Source: Candidatus Thalassarchaeum sp. (GTDB taxonomy: Archaea; Thermoplasmatota; Poseidoniia; Poseidoniales; Thalassarchaeaceae). From it: DNA of 64,000 nucleotides. The notes beneath the pieces are model-generated. The model made no database searches and was not told the origin of the DNA. It saw nothing but the letters and a program-made list of their open reading frames with translations. The position numbers and the translations under genes were made by a program. Below, one piece after another: positions 47,690 to 58,800 of the stretch (within the stretch, counting starts at the first letter, position 1; the number at the start of each line of letters is the position of its first letter). The DNA lies in assembly GCA_022451235.1 (NCBI GenBank), contig JAKUOA010000006.1, positions 44,413 through 108,412 on the forward strand. Direction: 5' to 3'.

Positions 47690-49031
47690 CTTGTATCTAA
47701 TCACCATCGAAGGAGGTGATGGCTCCGGTAAAGGCCTAGCAACCAAGGTTGTTGCTGAGGTACTGACAAAGGAATTTTGTTTCACATCGGTTGAGGTAAC
47801 AGGAGAGCCTCGTCGAGATCATCCATTGGGTAGACTCGCCATAGATTCCGTTAGACAGAATACACATACTCCCGAGGAAGAAGCGGGCTTCTTTGCAGCA
47901 GATAGAGTAGACCATTCTCACGGCTGGATACTTCCACGGCTCGAAGAAGGTAGAATTGTTGTGAGTGAAAGGAATGTCCATTCTTCATTAGTATACCAGG
48001 GTATTGTTGGTTCACTAGGAGTTGAGAGGGTAGCTCAAATTAATTCTGCTGCACTAATCCCTGATCTTTGCATATGGGTCGATTGCGACCCTGTGATAGC
48101 GATGAAGAGGATACAATCAGGGACACTTAGAATGATGTCTGATAAAGCTGAATACTTCGAGACAACAGAATTGCAAAAAGCTATTCGAGCAGGATATGAA
48201 TCGTTACTTTCTGGTGATATTGAGATGCCAACTCCATTCGACATGGGAGCCATAATTGGGCCGGTATCAAACGAAACTACTGAGAGGGAGTTTCGACGTA
48301 AATTATCACTACATGTGAGAAAGTTCCTCCACTCACGTCCAACTCCCGTTAACGTTGATACAGAAGGTATTGAACGATTTATGCTCAAACGCCTAATCAA
48401 ATCCACAAAAGGGCAAACGGTACTAGACGGATTGGGTGTAGAGCCGGCTAGGAATCTAAACGATTGGTTAGATGGTAAAGCACCGTGGCGTGTGTTAAGA
48501 GAAGCACAAGAGGAGCATAATAGAGCTCTTGATGAGATATCAGAAGATGAGAGGGTTGACGTACCCAAGTCTGTTTTGGCTCATTCTCTATCTGCTATCT
48601 GTGGAACCTTGGCTTTGCTTCCCTCTGCAGATGTCAATGAGCTGCGTGAAGCCCAAGGCCCCGTTAGGGCGGTTTCTGATTCTCACTCCCACAAGGTTTT
48701 GCGCTTCCTTGCAGATAAGAGCAAATGGGTAAATCAACACAAGTCTTTGTTAGGAAGAGATGCGGCACGTAACCAATTGAGGGACGAATCACATTCTTTC
48801 GGAATACTTTCCTTAGTTCTTTGGCCACTGAGGAAGGCATTAGCAAAATGGATTGTAACAAATCCAGACACACATCCACGATTTGCAATGGGGCAAATCG
48901 TACGTTCTGGTGAATATCCCAATGCGGTTCGAGATACAATCGAGAGATTAGCGATTTTAGGAAACGGAAAATCCGACTCCTTACCACCCGCTGGAACCAG
49001 CGGATTAGTTAATTGGTGGCAAGGGAATTGA
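47670..49031 (+). CDS. Thymidylate kinase-like P-loop kinase with a 250-aa C-terminal extension. The start is possibly the TTG at 47691.
   Basis: It has the P-loop ITIEGGDGSGKG. The region aligning to the Tmk DRY/SSLAYQG motif reads VVSERNVHSSLVYQG, so D-R-Y is replaced by E-R-N. The remainder (about 200-453) has no recognised motif. Confidence 0.6.
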   Translation: MVYWRVNLYLITIEGGDGSGKGLATKVVAEVLTKEFCFTSVEVTGEPRRDHPLGRLAIDSVRQNTHTPEEEAGFFAADRVDHSHGWILPRLEEGRIVVSERNVHSSLVYQGIVGSLGVERVAQINSAALIPDLCIWVDCDPVIAMKRIQSGTLRMMSDKAEYFETTELQKAIRAGYESLLSGDIEMPTPFDMGAIIGPVSNETTEREFRRKLSLHVRKFLHSRPTPVNVDTEGIERFMLKRLIKSTKGQTVLDGLGVEPARNLNDWLDGKAPWRVLREAQEEHNRALDEISEDERVDVPKSVLAHSLSAICGTLALLPSADVNELREAQGPVRAVSDSHSHKVLRFLADKSKWVNQHKSLLGRDAARNQLRDESHSFGILSLVLWPLRKALAKWIVTNPDTHPRFAMGQIVRSGEYPNAVRDTIERLAILGNGKSDSLPPAGTSGLVNWWQGN

Positions 49032-49034
49032 CCA

Positions 49035-49805
49035 TCAAACCATGCGCAGTGTAGCATTTGCGGGAAGGCGAACCTCCTCTGAATTTTCGAATTCATTAGG
49101 TCTGGCAGAGAACATTGCTGAGAATATCCAACCTCCGATGAAGCCCGCTGGAAAACCAGTTAGTATCCTCATTGTATTCGTCGACTCGTATGATGTCAGT
49201 AACTGAGTAAACCCATCAATTGCCATCGGGCCGAGGCCTAAACCGATAATAACAAACATCAACATCATTCTGCGATCATCGTAGTAGAATTTCTCTATCG
49301 ATTCATCGGAGAACATTGACAGGAAGGTGTCTCGTACTGTCCATCTATTCAAGCCCCTTTGCTGCCAAATTAAACAACAAGCAACGAAGCCGAATAATAT
49401 TCCAATATCTCGTACACAGACGGCTAATTGATTGCCATTAATTTCCCATGAGCGATAATATTTCTGATGACAATTCAAATCACCAATTGCGTACACAGTT
49501 GCTGCAATTGGATTTAGATCGGTCCATGCAAATGAGCCTCCGTTTGCATCTTGATCGTGTCCAGCATGTTCGTAGTCGCTATTGTCACCATTTCCCCACG
49601 ACCATATTCCATCAATTGTTGCATAATCGAGGCGATTAGCACGACCAGAGAGGTCAGGAATTGTATCTGCAGGCATAGTTAATGGTATCAAAAATAGCAG
49701 AATAAGATAGGTTCCTGCGATTGCTGAGAAGTTACGTCCAACCTTGGATTCTCTCCTTCTATCTTTGCGCCCATTTTTCAATCGGCCTTCCTCGTTAATG
49801 GCCAT
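49035..49805 (-). CDS. DUF2085-family membrane protein with an N-terminal extension
   Basis: It contains CHQKYYRSWEINGNQLAVCVRDIG, matching the CHQ...RS(F/W)...G.Q..VC.R motif remembered for DUF2085. It has multiple TM helices. Confidence 0.55.
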   Translation of the reverse strand: MAINEEGRLKNGRKDRRRESKVGRNFSAIAGTYLILLFLIPLTMPADTIPDLSGRANRLDYATIDGIWSWGNGDNSDYEHAGHDQDANGGSFAWTDLNPIAATVYAIGDLNCHQKYYRSWEINGNQLAVCVRDIGILFGFVACCLIWQQRGLNRWTVRDTFLSMFSDESIEKFYYDDRRMMLMFVIIGLGLGPMAIDGFTQLLTSYESTNTMRILTGFPAGFIGGWIFSAMFSARPNEFENSEEVRLPANATLRMV

Positions 49806-49850
49806 TATATCGTCGATTAGTTCTATCGTGATGAACTTATCCGCTCCATT

Positions 49851-50621
49851 ATGGTGGAGGTCAGGGTACGTGATGCCTTCGTTATATCCGCCGTCATTGG
49901 CTTGATGGTTACAGTCATGGGTTCTATGATGGCTTTCTTCGCTACAGGGATGGATGAGGATGGAATAATCTCATCATTGAGAACAGGTTTCGTACTTGGT
50001 TTAGGAGTCGGTACTGTTGTTCTGATGTTTGCTCTGGCTAGAGTTCGAAATCATGCTGAAAAAGGCCAAGCTAGAGAAGAAGCGCGGGCCGCTGAAGTCG
50101 CAGTACTAAGAGAAGAGATGTCCCATCTCTCGGATGAAACTGATGGAGCGTGGGATGTAGGGGAACGAATTCGTCGTGAACGAGGAGTGCTAACCTTCGA
50201 CATGCATGGGCTTGATGCACCAATGGCCGCAGGTGCAACTGAGAAATTGTTAGGAATTCGTAACCGTCTACAGAGAGTTAGAATAGTAACCGGCAGAGGA
50301 GAAATTTTGCATGATAAATCTGCAGACCCAGGCATACGTCCTGCGGTATTGCAAAGATTGCGAATTGGGGCAGAAGCGGTTGATTGGCAGGTATTAGAAA
50401 AAGCCGGTTCTATCACCCTGAGGCCCATGGGTGTCGCTCCAACAAATGCCCAGAGAGGTCGCCGTTTCGCAATTTTTGTGGTGCCAATGTGCACAGTCAT
50501 GGGATTTACATTTCGGGATCTTGCAGGTTCTACTCTGGAAGAGCAAGGCCTTGCATTCGGCATTGTTGCAGGCGTACTTCTGACGGCTCTTTTATCGAGT
50601 TACAGAGATCGTTCAGGATGA
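49851..50621 (+). CDS. Polytopic membrane protein with an internal Smr (small MutS-related) domain
   Basis: It has two N-terminal TMs. The Smr-like core is LTFDMHGLDAPMAAGATEKLLG...VRIVTGRGE...IRPAVLQRL (cf. Smr xDLHGxxxxEA...IIHGKG...LKxAV). It ends with C-terminal hydrophobic helices. Confidence 0.55.
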   Translation: MVEVRVRDAFVISAVIGLMVTVMGSMMAFFATGMDEDGIISSLRTGFVLGLGVGTVVLMFALARVRNHAEKGQAREEARAAEVAVLREEMSHLSDETDGAWDVGERIRRERGVLTFDMHGLDAPMAAGATEKLLGIRNRLQRVRIVTGRGEILHDKSADPGIRPAVLQRLRIGAEAVDWQVLEKAGSITLRPMGVAPTNAQRGRRFAIFVVPMCTVMGFTFRDLAGSTLEEQGLAFGIVAGVLLTALLSSYRDRSG

Positions 50622-50801
50622 CTATTGTGAGTAATCAGGGACTCCTTCACAACAGGCCTCAACGACTCTCCTACACCGTGGACATTCCATATGTTGTCGC
50701 ATAGGAATCGCAGCTCCACGAAAGCCACACTCGCACAGAATTGCAGAGCAATGGTCGTAGTCCATGATTGATGTGAAGGTCGCTCAGCCCAAATTGATTT
50801 C

Positions 50802-51944
50802 TCAAGATTTGAGGTCCTCTAATTCATCTTGTAGATGCTCGGCTAACCAGTTGTGAAGAGCATCACTGCCCATTTCAACAAGTGTTGAATTAAGGAAGGC
50901 GGCGATTAGAGCATCCTTTGCCTCCTCAGTATCGAAGCCTCTGGATTCTAGGTAGAACATCTGGTCTTCATCTACTGGACCATTGGCTGTGCCGTGGCCA
51001 CAACCAACTACATCGTGTTCGCTAACCTCTAGTTCAGGAATTGCATCAGCCTCTGCTTTGCCAGATAATAGCAGATTGTGGAATAGTTGCCCTGCATCCG
51101 CTCCTCTTGCACCTTTTGCGACCCGGAGCATTCCGGTACCCACAGTGCGAGAATTTCCTCCACACGCTGAATGCCAATCTAGACGACTGAAGGTTTCTGG
51201 AGCATCGTGGTGAATCTCGATGTGGTGATCAAGGTGCATATCGCTAGCAGACAGAATTGAACCAAGAACGTTCAAGTGTCCGCCGGTTTCACCCATCTTG
51301 TATCTCAAATCAGCCTTCGTTCTCTCACTACCTGAACTGACTGTTCCTGCCTTCACCTGTGCATCTCGACCAATAGCGATACTGTCGACCCTTAGTAGAA
51401 TTCCAGAATCGGTGTGTCCAATTACGACATCATTGAGGATGCTTCCGTCGCCGATTCTACCAGTGCGAAGAAATCCTGTCCAAGGTGCCGCACCACTAAT
51501 TTGTGTGATTAATTCGAATTCACAATTTCTTCCAATATCCAAAGTTAAGTGGATGGCACAATTTGAGTCGCCTGTGTCGATGTCTAGAATGATTGGAGAA
51601 TTAGCAATGAAATTGTTCTCGACCCTTAAGGTATAGACCGATTCTTTTGCAGCGGCTCGGATGAAAGAGGCAGTAACCTCATCCGATTCAGGCAATACCT
51701 CGGCCCCTACAACTCCTTCTTCAACAGAGATTCCCACTAGGGCTACGCTATCATCCAAACAGCTGAGCGTGAGTTTAGGTGAGGCTGCAATTGGAATTTC
51801 ATTTAAATCACCACTTGGGTGGACTCTTTTCCAAGGGGTATAACGCCAAAGATGGTCTGCTCTGTCAGGCTCGTCTAACGACTTATACAGGCTCGCAGCG
51901 TCCATATCATCACCCAAGTCAACCGATGCTTCCTTCCATTTCAA
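50802..51944 (-). CDS. sufD: Fe-S cluster assembly protein SufD
   Basis: It has a SufB/D-family C-terminal beta-helix. It is shorter (380 aa) than the adjacent SufB. It is the last gene of sufC-sufB-sufD. Confidence 0.8.
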   Translation of the reverse strand: MKWKEASVDLGDDMDAASLYKSLDEPDRADHLWRYTPWKRVHPSGDLNEIPIAASPKLTLSCLDDSVALVGISVEEGVVGAEVLPESDEVTASFIRAAAKESVYTLRVENNFIANSPIILDIDTGDSNCAIHLTLDIGRNCEFELITQISGAAPWTGFLRTGRIGDGSILNDVVIGHTDSGILLRVDSIAIGRDAQVKAGTVSSGSERTKADLRYKMGETGGHLNVLGSILSASDMHLDHHIEIHHDAPETFSRLDWHSACGGNSRTVGTGMLRVAKGARGADAGQLFHNLLLSGKAEADAIPELEVSEHDVVGCGHGTANGPVDEDQMFYLESRGFDTEEAKDALIAAFLNSTLVEMGSDALHNWLAEHLQDELEDLKS

Positions 51945-53382
51945 GGGCCATCAATTTGTTGAGTTCTACGGCATATTCCATCGGTAATTCACGGGTAAAC
52001 GGCTCAAAGAACCCATTGACAATCATCGCCAATGCTTCCTCCTCCGAGTGCCCCCTACTCATCAAATAGAATACTTGTTCATCACTAACCTTGGATACAC
52101 TCGCTTCGTGTTCACAACGAGCGCTTGGGTTTGCAACCTCCATTGTAGGGTAGGTATCGGAGCGAGATCCATCGTCTAATATGAGAGCATCACAGACAAC
52201 ATTCAATTTGCAATTCTCGGCCTTAGGAGATACTGATACCATCCCACGGTAGGAACCTCGACCACCATCTTTTGAAATTGATTTAGAGAGAATCTTCGAG
52301 GTTGTGTTACTCGCAAGATGGTGAATCTTTGCCCCAGCATCTTGGTGCTGACCTTTGCCGGAGTAAGCAACGGAAATTACCTCGGCATGGCTTCCTTCAC
52401 CCTTGAGGATAACAGCAGGATACTTCATTGTCAATTTACTGCCAATGTTACCATCCACCCATTCTATCTTCGCATTCTCATGAGCGATTCCGCGCTTTGT
52501 TACTAGATTGTAGACATTCGCACTCCAATTCTGAACAGTACTGTATCGGATGTGCGCTCCAGGTAGTGCAATTAATTCAACCACCGCAGAATGCAAAGAA
52601 TCGGTGGAGTAGGTTGGAGCAGTACAGCCTTCGACATAATGGATACTACTTCCCTCATCGGCAATAATCAGGGTTCTCTCAAATTGACCCATGTTCTTTG
52701 CATTAATTCGGAAGTAGGCCTGTACTGGCATCTCAACATGAACTCCCTTTGGAACGTAAATGAATGACCCACCAGACCAGACTGCTGTATTTAGGGCGCT
52801 GAATTTGTTGTCTTGAAATGGAACTACTGAACAAAACCATTTCTTGACAAGCTCAGGATATTCTTTCAGTCCAGAATCCATATCTAGGAAAATTACTCCC
52901 TGTTGCTCCAAGTCTTCTCGAATCGAGTGGTAGACTGCTTCTGATTCATATTGGGCAGTTACTCCTGATAGCCACTTTTGTTCTGCTTCTGGGATCCCTA
53001 GTTTATCGAACGTGTCACGAATATTTTCTGGTACATCTTCCCAGTCCTTTTCTGTTGCATCAGACGAACGAAGATAGTAACATATTGAATCGAAATCGAT
53101 TTCTTCCAACATTGACATATTGCCCCAAGTGGGCATCGGTCTATTTTCGAAGTGGTGAAATGCCTTGACTCGTATTTCAGTCATCCAATCTGGCTCATTT
53201 TTGAGAGCAGAGATGTCTCGAACCACTTGCTCGGATAGTCCGAAATCGAATCGAATTGTTGCATTTTCAGGGTCATGCCAGCCGGCTTTGTATTCGCCAA
53301 CTGCTTCACGTGCTTCCTTTGCTGCCATGTTTCTAACCATCCCTTTTTCTATTAGGCGGATTTTTCCGCTTCTTCCAACCAC
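51919..53382 (-). CDS. sufB: Fe-S cluster assembly protein SufB
   Basis: A 487-aa protein with conserved SufB C-terminal motifs ([22 protein letters not shown]). Confidence 0.9.
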   Translation of the reverse strand: MVGRSGKIRLIEKGMVRNMAAKEAREAVGEYKAGWHDPENATIRFDFGLSEQVVRDISALKNEPDWMTEIRVKAFHHFENRPMPTWGNMSMLEEIDFDSICYYLRSSDATEKDWEDVPENIRDTFDKLGIPEAEQKWLSGVTAQYESEAVYHSIREDLEQQGVIFLDMDSGLKEYPELVKKWFCSVVPFQDNKFSALNTAVWSGGSFIYVPKGVHVEMPVQAYFRINAKNMGQFERTLIIADEGSSIHYVEGCTAPTYSTDSLHSAVVELIALPGAHIRYSTVQNWSANVYNLVTKRGIAHENAKIEWVDGNIGSKLTMKYPAVILKGEGSHAEVISVAYSGKGQHQDAGAKIHHLASNTTSKILSKSISKDGGRGSYRGMVSVSPKAENCKLNVVCDALILDDGSRSDTYPTMEVANPSARCEHEASVSKVSDEQVFYLMSRGHSEEEALAMIVNGFFEPFTRELPMEYAVELNKLMALEMEGSIG

Positions 53383-54119
53383 TCGTATCCTCTTTCTTCC
53401 AGCTCAAGAGCCAGTTCTGGACCACCTGACTTGACTATTCTGCCCTTGATTAAGACATGCACCCTGTCTGGCTGGACGTGCTCGAGAATACGAGAATAGT
53501 GAGTGATAATCAAAGCACCAGAGTCAGTTCCTCGAACTGCGGCATTAATTCCTTTTGCTACAGTTCTAATTCCATCTATATCCAATCCAGAATCAGTCTC
53601 GTCTAATATTGCCAACTTTGGTTGAAGTAGCATTAGTTGTAAGATTTCAAAGCGCTTTTTCTCGCCGCCACTGAATCCATCGTTGACATACCTACCCAAG
53701 AATGAACGATCGATATCAAGTTCAGTCATAGAATCTTTCAGCTTTTTCCGAAATTCAGCACCTTTGGCTTCATCTTCACCTCTAATCGCGGCGACTGACT
53801 TTCGAAGGAAGTTTCCGACTTGTAAGCCTGGAACGGCTTGTGGGTATTGGAAAGAAAGGAAAACTCCTGCCCTTGCTCTCTCCCACGGCTCCATGTCCAA
53901 TAGATTCTCTCCATCTAGTTGCACACCTCCATCTGTGACCTCGAAATCTGGATGTCCCATGATAATATTCGCAGTAGTTGTCTTTCCACTTCCATTACGA
54001 CCCATTATGGCATGAATTTCGCCCGCGGGTATCTCGAGTTCAATTCCGCGAAGTATTGGTGTGTCGTCGATCCCAGCATGCAAATTTCTGATTTCGAGGA
54101 CAGGTATGTCAGATGCCAT
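53352..54119 (-). CDS. sufC: Fe-S cluster assembly ATPase SufC. The listed ORF begins at 54149, but the likely start is the internal Met ([14 protein letters not shown]) at 54119.
   Basis: It has the ABC ATPase Walker A motif [10 protein letters not shown], the signature FSGGEKKR, and the Walker B motif [11 protein letters not shown]. Confidence 0.9.
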   Translation of the reverse strand: MASDIPVLEIRNLHAGIDDTPILRGIELEIPAGEIHAIMGRNGSGKTTTANIIMGHPDFEVTDGGVQLDGENLLDMEPWERARAGVFLSFQYPQAVPGLQVGNFLRKSVAAIRGEDEAKGAEFRKKLKDSMTELDIDRSFLGRYVNDGFSGGEKKRFEILQLMLLQPKLAILDETDSGLDIDGIRTVAKGINAAVRGTDSGALIITHYSRILEHVQPDRVHVLIKGRIVKSGGPELALELEERGYEWLEEAEKSA

Positions 54120-54161
54120 TGTTTTGCCTCGATTCTTGGTAGGAATCATCCCTTTTGAATC

Positions 54162-54180
54162 CGACCGTCATAGACGGTCG
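54162..54180. promoter_or_regulatory. 19-bp perfect palindrome CGACCGTC-ATA-GACGGTCG in the sufC / nfu divergent intergenic region. Candidate operator.
   Basis: It has perfect 8-bp arms. It is centred in the 118-nt divergent region between sufCBD and the nfu-dtxR operon. Confidence 0.45.
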
Positions 54181-54237
54181 TTGCATCAAGCCAAAATAAT
54201 GGTCAATCAGAAGTAGGAGTGGCATCTCCGGCTTGGT

Positions 54238-54717
54238 ATGGATGATGGGGATGAACTAGCTGAGGCATATCGTCTACAAGTTGAGGCGATTATGCAAAAG
54301 GAGGCGGAAAAGAGAGTTTTAGAGGCTAACGATCCAGCAGAGCTGGATCGACTTCGTTCTTTGTCTCTAATAGAGTTGGTACAAAGTGACCACCCCGATC
54401 TAATACCTGCCCTGATGTCTAGACTCGGTCCGGTTAGAGCTGCTCTCGATGGCCATGGTGGTGGACTAATACTGGCAAAATCTGGTGTTGAGAAAATGCA
54501 TTCCGGAACAGATGCATTATCACTGGTCATCGATTTGGATGGTGCTTGCGTCTCCTGTGGGGCTGCACCGGGAACTCTGAAAGGAATCCAGGATGATTTA
54601 TTGATCGATGATGAAGTATTATCTGTGAGTTTTTCTGCTCAGATGTTGGAATGGTTTGATGATTTACAACGCGAGTTTGTGTTAAAGCACGGCGGAGTAA
54701 CTTTTGTTGAGGTGTGA
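54238..54717 (+). CDS. nfu: NifU/Nfu-like Fe-S cluster scaffold domain protein
   Basis: It contains LDGHGGGLILAKSGVEKMHSGTDALSLVIDLDGACVSCGAAPGTLKGIQDDL, the Nfu C-terminal-domain signature with CxxC. Confidence 0.75.
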   Translation: MDDGDELAEAYRLQVEAIMQKEAEKRVLEANDPAELDRLRSLSLIELVQSDHPDLIPALMSRLGPVRAALDGHGGGLILAKSGVEKMHSGTDALSLVIDLDGACVSCGAAPGTLKGIQDDLLIDDEVLSVSFSAQMLEWFDDLQREFVLKHGGVTFVEV

Positions 54718-55184
54718 ACTTGGACGCTGAAAGACTTGAAGCTCTTCGTTCTGCTCACCAGGCAGATGGAGTGCGACGCTCCAAACGTCACTCTGTTAGG
54801 GTCGAAGATTACCTTGAGGTCTTACATGAATTAGAACTGGTTGAAGGTCGGGCAAAGCCTGCACGAATTGCAGAATCATTGGCAGTCGCTCGACCTTCCG
54901 TAACTAAGATGTTGCAAAGGCTAGACGAAGAAGGTCTGGTTGAGTACAAACGCTATCATGGTGCCGTCCTTACAAGAGAAGGCAGAATAGCCGCGGCAAG
55001 TTTACGCGAAAGACATAGCCTTTTAGTCAGATTTCTAATCGTTCTTGGAGTAGATGAAGAAACTGCGCATATCGATACCGAGGGTATCGAACATCATTTT
55101 CACGAAAAGACCCTTGATGCTCTCAGTAGATTGGTAGAAAAAGCGGAGACCGACCCCGATTGGTGGGGGTCTCGTAATCGATGA
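54714..55184 (+). CDS. DtxR/MntR-family metal-dependent transcriptional regulator
   Basis: It contains VEDYLEVLHELE...ARIAESLAVARPSVTKMLQRLDEEGLVEYKRYHGAVLTREG, the DtxR N-terminal HTH pattern. Its start overlaps the nfu stop. Confidence 0.8.
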   Translation: MNLDAERLEALRSAHQADGVRRSKRHSVRVEDYLEVLHELELVEGRAKPARIAESLAVARPSVTKMLQRLDEEGLVEYKRYHGAVLTREGRIAAASLRERHSLLVRFLIVLGVDEETAHIDTEGIEHHFHEKTLDALSRLVEKAETDPDWWGSRNR

Positions 55185-55188
55185 AATC

Positions 55189-55821
55189 CTATATTGATTC
55201 TAATTGAGAAATTGCAGTTGCTGCAAAGCCGAGCACTGTTACTTCCTCTCCTTCGACTAATCGAGTATCAAGAGAGGCAGCACCTGCCAAATCATATGCC
55301 CCTGCCTTTCCTTTCCACGACTCGCTACTTACCAATTCAATGAGTCTCTCTTGAGACAATTCGTCGAATTCAACAACTGCTGAATCCGTCCAAATATCTG
55401 CGCTCCATCCACCATGAAGTGAATGTTCACCGTCGCCATTTGGAGGATATACTAGGGCGGTTGAGGACCATACACGATGTCGGTTTCCAGAAAGTCTCAG
55501 GAGCATAGCCATGGCGTGTTGTTCATCCTCAGGTTTTCCCATCGGCATTAATGGGTCATCAGGGTCAGCAACAATGGTGTCTGAAACGATCACAACTTCG
55601 GCTAATTTTTTTCCCGCCATTTGGCTTACAACACCTTCTCTAGCGGCCGCTTTCGCCTTGGCAGCACAGGTAAATTCAACCTGTTCATTTACTGGCGCAC
55701 CCCAGCGTGGTTTCGGTTCTTCGAAAATTAATGCAGCGGCGCTTAGTTCGAAATTTGCAAATCTTTCTTTCAACCAAGTCAAGCGTCTTTCAGAAGCAGA
55801 TGCTAAATGCAATCTGCGCAT
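55189..55821 (-). CDS. maf: Maf-like nucleoside triphosphate pyrophosphatase
   Basis: It has the N-terminal motif LHLASASERR (cf. Maf LILAS.SPRR). It is 210 aa. Confidence 0.75.
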   Translation of the reverse strand: MRRLHLASASERRLTWLKERFANFELSAAALIFEEPKPRWGAPVNEQVEFTCAAKAKAAAREGVVSQMAGKKLAEVVIVSDTIVADPDDPLMPMGKPEDEQHAMAMLLRLSGNRHRVWSSTALVYPPNGDGEHSLHGGWSADIWTDSAVVEFDELSQERLIELVSSESWKGKAGAYDLAGAASLDTRLVEGEEVTVLGFAATAISQLESI

Positions 55822-55830
55822 GATTAACCC

Positions 55831-58800
55831 TCATAGATTAATTCGAAATGCACAGATAGGACAACGCGTCATTTTTAGGTCGAATGCGACATCAAATTGA
55901 CTCCCACATTCTGGACAAAGCACTGGCTTGTTCAAGGGAGGGAGTCCAGGTAAAGTCGTTGCATCTCCCATCGGCGGTAATGGCTTAGCGACCACCCCGT
56001 CGTTTGTTGCAGTCTGTGTCATTTCTGGTATAGTCGTAGGTATTTCAGCCATCTCTGGTTGTGTTGTTCGCCGTTGTCGTCTTTCCCGTCTTGGTGATGT
56101 GTTCTCTACATTGATATCTACAACTTCGACAATGGAAGAAGTGTCTATTGCCTCAACGGGAATATCATCCTCATCGATAACATCCACTACATCATCTTCC
56201 AACATAATAACTCCTTGAACGCTTTTTCTTCTCCGACCACCGATCCAACGTATTGCACGTCCTGACATTACCGCCAAAACAATGGTACAGAGCAACAAAA
56301 CCGCAATTGCCACTCCGCCGAGTAAAATATTGAAACTTCCTTCGTCTAAACCAAGCTGGAATCGGAGTTCTTCTAGAATGTCCGTTGGACCTGTGTTTGG
56401 CTTACTATCGTCAATTACTGCCCTTATGACCCAACCTTGGGTTGAGGTGTGAATAATCACAGCCTCACCACTCGCAGATGAGCGACTTACTGAATGTAAC
56501 CAACCATCAGAAATCCGATTCGATATTGCCATCCAAGGAGTCTCTGAATTAATCATTCCGTACTGAACTTGAGGTCCACCTGGGCCCACCATATCATGCA
56601 TTACTTGAATTCCTCGAGAGGTTTCTATGAAGACAATTTGAGACAGACCTCTAGCAGAGAATTGCATAGAAGAATTTTCTATGATGTTGAAGGTATCATC
56701 AACTATACGAGTGATTAGTTCACTATCTATTCCCTCTCCCTCTTTCCAAGCAACAACTAGTCTATCTTCTTCGTCTATTGTGTTCACCTTCATCTGGGGC
56801 AAAGAGGCATAATCGCCGACCGCCTTCTTGTAAGTCCACGATGATTGTTTGATATCTCCATGAGCATACCAAAGACCTAGTCGGTCATTTCCTGTGGTGT
56901 CGTTACGCATTGATTGGTAGAGGATATGACCATCCTCCTCGCCATACTCAATTTGTACTGGATCTGTATACCCCGCAATCACATCGATATCAGAAATAGC
57001 ATTTGGAGTAAGTCTCCAATCGTTAGAAGAAGTGGGAGCGTCTGCTTCTAAGATGAATATACTAGTTAGATCCTGAAAACTGCCGCCAGTCAACAAGTCA
57101 CGATGATATCCAGCAACTAATAATTTTGTTCCATCAACATCGATGTCGATACCCCAATATTTACCATCGGATAATAGAATTGGATCCATCAAATCTTGGA
57201 TTGGTCGCATCTCACAAGCAGAGTCTATTGTGGAGTATGAAACCGTCTGCTTAAGATAACCACTAGTATCTAGGAAGCGCCGACTCCAAACTATGTGTGC
57301 GATACCATCTGAGGTAGGGGCCGCGACAAAATCACCAGACCATTTTTCTTCCAACATATTTGAGCAGGCAGTCATTCCTTTGTTGGAGTTGAGTCTGTAA
57401 AGCGCCAGCCCTCCATCTTTCGATGTTACGACAATTCCTTCTCCATCTAAGTCGATTACTTCGACGGGTGTTTCTCCAGTTTGGAAGTTTAATCCTCTTC
57501 CTCCTGAGACTGTGCTCTTTTCGATCAGTATGCTCCATTCTGCTTGATTATTTGACCAGTCGATATCCGATAGAACAGGTCCGCTAAGGCTGATTCGGAA
57601 TTTGAAAGCGCCACTTTCTTCATTTGTTTGGGCGAATGAAACTGTCTCAGCATAACCACCTTCTATTCTAGGGATTGTAGTTGAGGAGGTTAACTCCCAT
57701 CCTCTTTCAGTGTAAAGGTGGAGTTGCGCCTCTATTTGTTCAGCAGCTGATGAACCTAAATTATCTACACGGGCATTAATTTTGAACTGCTCTCCCGGTC
57801 TTGGAATTGTAGGAGTGGTGGTAAATGCGCCGTTTGAAAAAGCCAAATCGACTCCTTCCGGTCTATCAATCACATCAAATTCAATACTTTGGTCATTATT
57901 TGTCTCATCGATTTCGAGTATTGCATCACCTGGGTCTAAGGCGATACTAAGCTCACGTTGACCTACAGATAGAGGATTCCAGTAAAGTGTCACATCTACA
58001 ATATCGCCGGAGTCGATTGTGGGTATGGTCAACTCATATTTTCTGGTACCTTCCTCAAGTAGGAAAACAACGACATTAGTAGCTGATTCATCGCCATCAT
58101 TACGAATTTCAGCGCTAACATCGACGAAGGAGTTAACGTAGGTTTCTGACAGAGGTATACCCCATTCTGATACAGTTATTCCACTTCTGAACATCAAGTC
58201 AGGAGCAGGTGGTTGATTATCGATATCCAAAGTGACCCTGACTTCCTCAGAGCGAACACTTGTGCCACTGACGAAACGTAATGATATGCGATGTGAACCG
58301 TCTGGATGTTCGGTAGAATCCCAAATGAAATTGAACATATCCGTTGTGCCACCTGAGCCAGTGTAGGTTCTTTCATCAACCCAATCTTCCTTACCTATTC
58401 GCCACTGCAGGGTGCCACCATTAACGGTTTCATATTCGCCTTCAAATTGGACATTACCTTCAACGAAATTTTGTCCACTTGGGCTGTCCAAAGTTAGAGA
58501 TACTCGACCAATATCGTGATTTTGTCTTTGTTTATTGCTCCATTGATCCCATTCATTACGAGCCTGTACCGAGATTTTGATTTCCAAGGCGTTAATTTCA
58601 TCCTCTTCAAAGTCAGGAATAGAGAAATCAGTAGTCCAATTTACTGTGCCTTGAGCAGTGTGCCAATCGACAAGAATTTCTTCCTGAGTCGGCGACCCCT
58701 CAGGTTTGTGGGTGTAGGTGATTTTGACCTGAACTTCTTCTATCGTTCCATTTGTCTCCGCATCTTCGTCGATATGCCCTCTGACTGAATAGGTCTCACC

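Noticed and set aside
50051-50563. 170-aa minus-strand ORF inside the Smr-membrane protein gene
   Set aside because: It is antisense to an ORF with a clear Smr motif and TM helices. Its Arg/Ser/Ala-rich composition is typical of an antisense frame in GC-richer stretches.
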